From Gemmatimonadaceae bacterium (GTDB lineage: Bacteria > Gemmatimonadota > Gemmatimonadetes > Gemmatimonadales > Gemmatimonadaceae): a stretch of DNA of 23,766 bases. Shown one piece after another: positions 17,697-23,766 of this stretch. Position numbers and translations under genes: made by a program. How positions within the stretch are numbered: the first letter of the stretch is position 1; every line of letters begins with the position of its first letter. The notes under the pieces are model-generated. The model did no database searches. It was not told the DNA's origin and worked only from the letters and a program-made list of their open reading frames with translations. The DNA lies in NCBI GenBank assembly GCA_044224875.1, contig JBGAJQ010000074.1, positions 1-23,766 of the forward strand. Direction: 5' to 3'.

Positions 17697-18821
17697 CTAG
17701 TAGCCGCGAAAGAGGTCGGAGATCGCGCGTGCGTCCATCTTGGCCGCGAGCGCCAGCATCAACAGCACGCGGGCCTTTTGCGGGTTCAGGTTCCCGGCGC
17801 TGATCGTTTCACCACGTGCAGGGTTTGCTGCGGCGGTATCCCGAACCGCACCGGAGCCGGTGCGGCCGCTTCCGGTGCGATTGCTGATTGCGAGGTACAC
17901 GCCTTGGTCCACCGCGCGGCGCAGGGCGCGCCCCATCGCCGGCGTTGCTCCGCCACGTCCAACACCGGCCAGCACGATGCCGCGGGCTCCCGCATTCACC
18001 AGGGCGTCAACGACCACCGAGTCGGCGCCGATGTACGCGTACACCACATCCACCCGCGGAAAGGTGTCGATTCTGTCGAGTGCGAATCGCGCGCTATGAC
18101 ACCCATGCGGTTGCTCGCGCTGGAAGGCAATCGTGTCGGGATCGGCAACACCTAACGGTCCGGCATCGGGCGCCGTAAACGCGTTCATGCGCGTGGTGTT
18201 CGACTTCGTCACGTCGCGCGCGGCGAAGATCTCGTCGTTCATGAGGATCATCGTGCCGCGTCCCTGCGCACCGGGCGACGCGGCCAGACGAATGGCATTG
18301 CGCAGGTTGGCTGGCCCGTCAGCACCAACAGCGCTGGCCTGCCGCATGGCCCCCGTGACGATGATGGGTGCACAACCACCGACCGTGAGGTCCAGAAAGA
18401 ACGCGGTTTCCTCCATGGTGTCGGTGCCATGGGTGATCACGAAACCCGTGGGCGCATTGGCTTCCTTGCTCACGTCCGTGACCCGCCGGGCAATGGCGCG
18501 CCACATGTCCTGCGTGATCGCCCCCGACGCAACGTTCGAGAATTGTTCGACGGTGACCGTTACGCGTTCACTTATGTCACCGATTCCGGTGATCAATTCC
18601 GCCCCGGTGCGACGGGAGTCGTTGCCGAGGTTGGAGATCGTCCCGCCCGTGGCGATCACGTGGACCCGCGGCTTCGCGGTCTGCGCGGCGGCGGGTCGTG
18701 CGAACAAGCACGCCCCCAGCGTGATGACGGCGCCGGCTCCTACTGCCAACCGCCCATTCATGCGGCCACCCAAGGTGAAGCCCCGCACACTGCGTGCCGG
18801 CCCAACGACTCCCATGCTCAT
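17697..18821 (-). CDS. Type II (periplasmic) L-asparaginase/glutaminase family protein
   Basis: ATGA overlap with the dat stop (alternative start 18761). Signal ending AAA-Q. ATGGTIS, HGTDTMEETA, TGAMR, DGPANL, VTKSNT, LNPQKARVLL. Confidence 0.9.
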   Translation of the reverse strand: MSMGVVGPARSVRGFTLGGRMNGRLAVGAGAVITLGACLFARPAAAQTAKPRVHVIATGGTISNLGNDSRRTGAELITGIGDISERVTVTVEQFSNVASGAITQDMWRAIARRVTDVSKEANAPTGFVITHGTDTMEETAFFLDLTVGGCAPIIVTGAMRQASAVGADGPANLRNAIRLAASPGAQGRGTMILMNDEIFAARDVTKSNTTRMNAFTAPDAGPLGVADPDTIAFQREQPHGCHSARFALDRIDTFPRVDVVYAYIGADSVVVDALVNAGARGIVLAGVGRGGATPAMGRALRRAVDQGVYLAISNRTGSGRTGSGAVRDTAAANPARGETISAGNLNPQKARVLLMLALAAKMDARAISDLFRGY

Positions 18822-19693
18822 CTCGACCCGACGAGACTTTCTCCGGCGGCCGCCACGCGCGCCGCCAGCGCCTGGTAGAGACGCGTGGCAACGGGACCCG
18901 GCCGCCCCGTCCCAACCGATGCGCCATCCAGCCGCACGATGGGCATGATGTCGCTCGTGGTCCCCGTCAGGAACAACTCCTGCAACCGCGGCACTTCGTG
19001 CGTGTAGATCGGGGTCTCGGAGACCGGAATACCGTGCTCGTGCGCCAACTCCACCACCACGTCGCGCGTGATGCCTGGCAGGATGTAGTTCGAGTTCGGG
19101 TAGGTGCGCAACTCGCCATCGAGCACGCCGAACACATTGGTGTGCGATCCCTCCGTAAGCACCGCGCCACGGACGAAGATCGACTCGAAGGCCTCGTGAT
19201 CCGTGGCGTTCTGCTTGGCCATGACGGCCGGGAGCAGGTTCACGGTCTTGAGGTCGCAGCGTGACCAACGATAGTCGGGATAGGTGACCGCGCTCACTCC
19301 CGTCGCCCGCTTGTCGTTAGGTGGCACGAATCGTGTGGCCGACATGAAGACTGTTACGGGCGTGTCGGCCGGTGGAAAGTGGTGCGTCCGCGGTGCGGCG
19401 CCGCGCGTCACCTGCAGGTAGATGTACGCCTCACCTTCGGTCAGCCCATTCTCGCGCAACAGGCGCAGGTGGGCCTCCACGACGGCCTCGGACGGCATCG
19501 TGAAGTTGAGGCGCAACTCCCTGATACCACGCCACATACGTTTGAGGTGACGGTCGGACTCGAAGAGCTGCCCGCGTACCGCACGGGTGACCTCATAGAT
19601 GCCGTCCCCAAACAGAAATCCGCGTTCGTCCACGGAAAGTTTGGCCTCGCCCTTCGGCAGGAACTGGCCATTGAGATAGACCACGCTCGACAT
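18818..19693 (-). CDS. dat: D-amino-acid aminotransferase (fold type IV PLP)
   Basis: RGFLFGDGIYEV (Tyr31 equivalent), loop APRTHHFP (RxH carboxylate trap), DLKTVNLL (PLP Lys), ILPGITR. Confidence 0.85.
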   Translation of the reverse strand: MSSVVYLNGQFLPKGEAKLSVDERGFLFGDGIYEVTRAVRGQLFESDRHLKRMWRGIRELRLNFTMPSEAVVEAHLRLLRENGLTEGEAYIYLQVTRGAAPRTHHFPPADTPVTVFMSATRFVPPNDKRATGVSAVTYPDYRWSRCDLKTVNLLPAVMAKQNATDHEAFESIFVRGAVLTEGSHTNVFGVLDGELRTYPNSNYILPGITRDVVVELAHEHGIPVSETPIYTHEVPRLQELFLTGTTSDIMPIVRLDGASVGTGRPGPVATRLYQALAARVAAAGESLVGSR

Positions 19694-19837
19694 GCACTCG
19701 TCCTCGGGAATCGATGAACGCCGCTCGCCACAGATGGGCTTGGAAGTGGCTCGATGCGCGGGAAAGTAGCGCCCGAACCGGTCGTCCGCACGTCACGACC
19801 CACGGCGTGGGTCGTCAACCACCGTGAGTATTCTACC

Positions 19838-20398
19838 ATGAACCTCCGCCATACGGCTCGACTCACGGGCATCGCCCTCATCATTCCCTACGCTATCCTG
19901 CGCTTGGGACGTGTGGACTACTGGGACATCCTGGACGACGTCGACCTTGCCATCCACGAAGCCGGTCACCTCGTCTTTCTGCCCTTCGGCGACCACCTAT
20001 CGTTCCTCGGCGGCTCCCTCCTGCAGCTCCTCGTGCCGCTCGCCTTCGTGCTCTACTTCTGGCGCTCACGTCAGGCGTTCGCCGGCGGCATCACCATCGC
20101 CTGGGTTGGCGTGAATCTCGTGAATGTGTCGCGGTACATCGGCGATGCACAAGCACAGGATCTCCCGCTGTTAGGCGGCGAGAACGCCATCCACGACTGG
20201 TGGTACCTGCTCACCGAATGGGACCTGTTGCCCCATGACCACGACATCGCTCGCGTGTTGCACCTGCTGGGTGCCTGTGCCTTTGCCGCGGCCGTGATCA
20301 TTGCGTGGTTCGCCGAGCGCGGGGACGACCGCGAGCGGGCCGCCGCGCCCGTGCCGCGGTCGCGTATGGCACTGCCGTTCGGCGAGCCGCGTCGTTAG
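19838..20398 (+). CDS. Hypothetical membrane protein with HExxH motif (M50-like)
   Basis: AIHEAGHLVF, GGSLLQL, YIGDA, LPLLGG, HDW, with several hydrophobic segments. Confidence 0.7.
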   Translation: MNLRHTARLTGIALIIPYAILRLGRVDYWDILDDVDLAIHEAGHLVFLPFGDHLSFLGGSLLQLLVPLAFVLYFWRSRQAFAGGITIAWVGVNLVNVSRYIGDAQAQDLPLLGGENAIHDWWYLLTEWDLLPHDHDIARVLHLLGACAFAAAVIIAWFAERGDDRERAAAPVPRSRMALPFGEPRR

Positions 20399-20448
20399 GT
20401 GTGTTCGGACCGACTCATCAGGAGCCGCGCGAGCAGCATCATCGGTCG

Positions 20449-22920
20449 TTAACCCTCGCGCAACGCGGCCAACGGATCCAGTCGCGCCGCCTTACGAGCC
20501 GGCCCAAGACCCGCGGCCATCCCCACGACGGCCAGCACCAGCGCCGCGCCACCCATCGTCAGAGGGTCGGTCGGCGCGAGCCCGTATAGCAACGCCGAGA
20601 TCGTGCGGGAGAGCCACCACGCGATCAACGTGCCGGCCACGATCCCGACGCCGACCTGCCACGCCACTCGGCGTAGCACCAGTCCCATTACTCCGGTAGG
20701 CGGCGAGCCCAGCGCCATGCGAATCCCGAGTTCGGCGCGACGCATGTTCACGGAGTACATCGTCACGCCATAGAGGCCGAGGGCCGCCAGCAACAAGGCC
20801 AACCCGCCGAAGAACGCCGACAAGACCGCCACCAACCGCTCCTGCTGCAAGGCGTCGTGAACCTGACTGGCCAGCGTTCGGAAACTCGTCGACAGGTTGG
20901 GCTGCGCGCCGTTGATGGCGGTGGACATGGACTTCATGAGCGCGCCGGGATTGCCCGTTCCCACACGGACACTGACGCTCACGTCTGACCCGATCGACGG
21001 CTGCTGCGCCAATGGGAAGTACATCGTCGCCGGGATGGTGTCACGAAGCCGCAAGTACACCGCGTCACGTACAACACCCACGATCTCGACGTCGATCGGT
21101 GTGTCGAACCGCCCCTCCGTGGTGTGCAACGTGCGGCCGATCGGATTTGAGCTGCCTATGAACTTCTTGACAAAGGTCTGATTCACGATCGCAACCAACG
21201 GTGCACCACGCACGTCGCCCGCATGAAAGTCGCGACCGGCCACGAACGTGGTGCCGTAGGTGGCGAACCAACCCGGCGTGAGCAGGTTCATGTACGCCGA
21301 GCTGTCTCGCGGACCCAAGGGGAGGCCGCCCCGCACCGACGCCCGGTTGTTCCAGCTTGAACCGCCAACGGGCGTCACCACCGACGCGCTGGCATTCAGC
21401 ACACCCGGCACCGCCGCCGCCGCGCTCACCAGTCGATCGTACAACGCCATGCGCTGCGTGGAGTCCACGCCAGTACGCTGCGATCTCACCTCCGCCACAA
21501 CCACCCGATCCTGGTCGAAGCCAAGGTTCAGGTCCGCCAGTGTCGAAAAGGTGCGAACGAAAAGACCAGCGGCGACCACCAGCACCAGCGACAGCGCCAC
21601 CTGCGCAACCACCAGCCACTGCCCAAGGGTGAGCTGTCGCGCCGTACTGCTGTTCCCCCGCCCCTGCTCCTTCATCGCATCGATCGGCTGCACGCGGGTG
21701 GCGCGGAGCGCGGGCAGCACGCCAAACAGCAGTGCCGTGGCCATCGCGATCGCCGTGGTGAAGGCCAGCATCCGCCAGTCCACACCCAGGTCCAGGAATA
21801 CGCGGCTGGACTGCGTTGAGAGTTCGCTCACCAGCAGACGTCCTCCGAAGATGGCTACGATGCTGCCTAACGCCGTGCCGGCCACTGCCAGCAACAGGCT
21901 CTCCGAAAACAGCTGGCGGGCCAGCCGCCAGCGTGACGCTCCCAGCGCCTGACGCACACTCAGCTCGTGGCGCCGAGCAGTGGTACGGGCAAGCAACAGG
22001 TTGGCGATGTTGCCGCAGGCGATCAACAACACCAGGCCAACCACCACCTGAATCGTGATCAGCGGACGCTGATAGCGGGTGCGCAGGTACGAGATGCCAG
22101 AGGCGGCCTCGCGGAGTTGGAACTTGTCCTCCAGATAGTGGACGAGATCGGTGGCCGCCCAATTGGTGGGCAGGGTACTCTCGCGTACCTGTGGCTGGAT
22201 CGCCTGCAACCCGGTCGTGGCGGCGGCCATCGACTGCCCCTGCTTCAGTCGCGCCATGATGGTCAGCCACCACCACGATCGTTGATCGAGTGCGCTCTCC
22301 TCTCGGCGGACCAGCGGTTCCGCGCCTAACGGCACAATCACGTCGAATGTTCGGCCCACCTCGGGGCCAAAGAAGCCGGGAGCAGTGACTCCGACGATCG
22401 TGAACGTGGTCTGATTCAGGACGATTGCGGTGCCCAGCACCATGGCGTCGCCGCCATACTGCCGTTGCCAGTAGTCGTAGGAGATGACGGCCACCGCTCC
22501 ATCCGGCCCGCCCCCTCGTCGATCATCGACGACACCGAACGTCCGGCCCAACACCGCCGGCACGCGCAACACTTCGAAGATTCTCCCGCTCGCCCAGATG
22601 CCATCTATCTGGTCCACCTCTCCCGACTGCGCCCGATTGAATCGCGTGGCGGACCAGGCAAATGCGCCGTCGAACAACGTGGCCGACCGGTCGCGCACCT
22701 GCTCCCAGATCGGGTTGGTCGCATATGACTGCCCGTCCTTGTCGCCCAGCACCACCAGTCGTTCCGGCTCGCCCACTGGCAGTGCACGCAGCACCAATCG
22801 GTCAACGATCGTGAACATGGCAGTGTTCGCACCGATGCCGAGTGCGAGGGACAGGATGGCCACCCCAGTTACCAGCGGTGAGGCGCGAAGGGTGCGCAGT
22901 GCGCTCGTGACGTCGTTCAC
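20449..22920 (-). CDS. ABC transporter permease, duplicated MacB/FtsX (ADOP-type)
   Basis: ILSLALGIGANTAMF, LLIACGNIANLLLAR, RRHELSVRQALGA, LVVAQVALSLVL, GLYGV, ELGIRMALG, PARKAARLDP. Two tandem MacB_PCD+FtsX halves. Confidence 0.92.
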   Translation of the reverse strand: MNDVTSALRTLRASPLVTGVAILSLALGIGANTAMFTIVDRLVLRALPVGEPERLVVLGDKDGQSYATNPIWEQVRDRSATLFDGAFAWSATRFNRAQSGEVDQIDGIWASGRIFEVLRVPAVLGRTFGVVDDRRGGGPDGAVAVISYDYWQRQYGGDAMVLGTAIVLNQTTFTIVGVTAPGFFGPEVGRTFDVIVPLGAEPLVRREESALDQRSWWWLTIMARLKQGQSMAAATTGLQAIQPQVRESTLPTNWAATDLVHYLEDKFQLREAASGISYLRTRYQRPLITIQVVVGLVLLIACGNIANLLLARTTARRHELSVRQALGASRWRLARQLFSESLLLAVAGTALGSIVAIFGGRLLVSELSTQSSRVFLDLGVDWRMLAFTTAIAMATALLFGVLPALRATRVQPIDAMKEQGRGNSSTARQLTLGQWLVVAQVALSLVLVVAAGLFVRTFSTLADLNLGFDQDRVVVAEVRSQRTGVDSTQRMALYDRLVSAAAAVPGVLNASASVVTPVGGSSWNNRASVRGGLPLGPRDSSAYMNLLTPGWFATYGTTFVAGRDFHAGDVRGAPLVAIVNQTFVKKFIGSSNPIGRTLHTTEGRFDTPIDVEIVGVVRDAVYLRLRDTIPATMYFPLAQQPSIGSDVSVSVRVGTGNPGALMKSMSTAINGAQPNLSTSFRTLASQVHDALQQERLVAVLSAFFGGLALLLAALGLYGVTMYSVNMRRAELGIRMALGSPPTGVMGLVLRRVAWQVGVGIVAGTLIAWWLSRTISALLYGLAPTDPLTMGGAALVLAVVGMAAGLGPARKAARLDPLAALREG

Positions 22921-23019
22921 GCGGTCCTCATGGTCGTGACCCTCGTTCGATGCTGCATATCGTGGAATGGTTGGCAGTGTGTGCCGACCTCCGACATCGC
23001 GGCCAGAAGGACCCGGGCG

Positions 23020-23025
23020 TAGGTT
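23020..23025 (+). promoter_or_regulatory. Putative -10 box of the leaderless MFS gene
   Basis: TAGGTT followed by 6 nt and ATG 23032. No SD sequence. Confidence 0.4.
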
Positions 23026-23031
23026 AGCGCC

Positions 23032-23766
23032 ATGCCCGGCTCCTTGAAGCGCCAGCGCGCGGTCGCCGCCGCAGTCATCGGCAACGTGCTCGAGTGGTAC
23101 GACTTCGCCGTGTACACGTACCTCGCGGGAACCATTGCCCTCAAGTTCTTCCCGCAGGAAGACGGCGGGAGCGCGTTGCTATCGACATTCATGGCCTATG
23201 GCTTCGGCTTCGTGGCCCGTCCACTCGGCGGCATCGTCCTTGGCCGACTGGGTGACACACGAGGGCGGCGCGTTGCACTCCTCGTCACGATCTTCCTGAT
23301 GGCTGGCGGCACGGTGGCTATTGGGCTGCTCCCGACCTACGAGAGCATCGGGCTCGCCGCTCCTGCCCTTCTCGTGGTAGCCAGGCTGGTGCAGGGGTTC
23401 TCGGCGGGAGGCGACTGGGGCACCTCCACGGCGTACATCGTGGAGTGGGCGCCGCCGGATCGCCGCGGGTTCTACGCCTCGTTCCAACAGGCGTCGGTTG
23501 CAGCTGGCCTACTCCTGGGCTCCGGCTTGGCCGCCGTGCTCAACACGCTGATCTCACCGGCGGCCATGAGTGACTGGGGGTGGCGGCTGCCGTTCCTCCT
23601 GGGCGGACTCCTCGGCCCCGTGGGGCTGTTCATGCGAAGAACCATCGAGGAGACCCCGCTCTTCGAGGCATCCCGCGCTGGTCGCGCAATTACTCCGGCA
23701 CGCGCCTCGACCGTGGGGAGTGGTACGGTCAGTGCTGCTGCCCGAACCAGTGACGCCGCGGCCGGT
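23032..23766 (+). CDS. MFS transporter, metabolite:H+ symporter (ProP/ShiA/KgtP-like), runs off the window
   Basis: Translated by hand because it is absent from the ORF track (no stop in window): IGNVLEWYDFAVY, ARPLGG, LGDTRGRR, LLPTYESIG, RLVQGFSAGGDWG, WGWRLPF, EETP. Confidence 0.92.
   Translation, partial: MPGSLKRQRAVAAAVIGNVLEWYDFAVYTYLAGTIALKFFPQEDGGSALLSTFMAYGFGFVARPLGGIVLGRLGDTRGRRVALLVTIFLMAGGTVAIGLLPTYESIGLAAPALLVVARLVQGFSAGGDWGTSTAYIVEWAPPDRRGFYASFQQASVAAGLLLGSGLAAVLNTLISPAAMSDWGWRLPFLLGGLLGPVGLFMRRTIEETPLFEASRAGRAITPARASTVGSGTVSAAARTSDAAAG

Larger units (their letters stand above)
883..22330. repeat. Dispersed motif YGTTAGGYR (core GTTAGG/CCTAAC), 19 copies
   Basis: Core starts. 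CCTAAC: 883, 1872, 4031, 4988, 6176, 16525, 16753, 16864, 18151, 21866, 22325. GTTAGG: 5905, 10495, 11389, 11617, 13338, 19316, 20170, 20394. Manual count. Confidence 0.8.

Noticed and set aside
2598..22276. Long shadow ORFs (e.g. 2598..3863-, 16872..18155+, 21065..22276-) and N-terminal extensions in the ORF track (2445, 5304, 10025, 19268)
   Set aside because: They overlap well-supported genes, are Arg/Pro/Ala-rich with no motifs, and are typical of high-GC DNA.
883..22330. GTTAGG motif as Chi/KOPS, telomeric repeat or bldA-type TTA regulation
   Set aside because: There is no strand polarity and the copies are not tandem. They also occur as stop codons, antisense and intergenic, so TTA decoding alone does not explain the fixed flanks.

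Overview
High-GC (roughly 65% by eye) bacterial chromosomal segment. The gene repertoire (Ser/Thr kinase-TolB_N-TPR fusion, duplicated orphan ABC permease, IorAB) suggests Gemmatimonadota or a similar soil/sediment lineage; this is inference only. Genes in order: a Hanks kinase/TPR gene split by an exact 140-bp tandem duplication, PAP2 phosphatase, acyl-CoA ligase, small outer-membrane beta-barrel, YchF-like ATPase, a toxin-first RelE(Gp49)/XRE toxin-antitoxin module with a frameshifted toxin, cystathionine beta-synthase, iorAB, a DAACS (SLC1-type) transporter, a dat-asparaginase-M20-EamA-MOSC cluster, a HExxH membrane protein, an ADOP permease and a partial MFS transporter. No rRNA, tRNA, CRISPR array or transposase was seen. 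Two signals stand out. (1) A complete Leu/Val leader-peptide attenuator (12734-12918) lies upstream of a DAACS transporter whose binding-site residues look re-tuned for neutral amino acids. (2) A dispersed non-palindromic motif YGTTAGGYR (19 copies, 12 of them CGTTAGGC) is embedded in coding sequence through the otherwise rare TTA codon, resembling a genome-wide signal of the uptake-sequence or HIP type.
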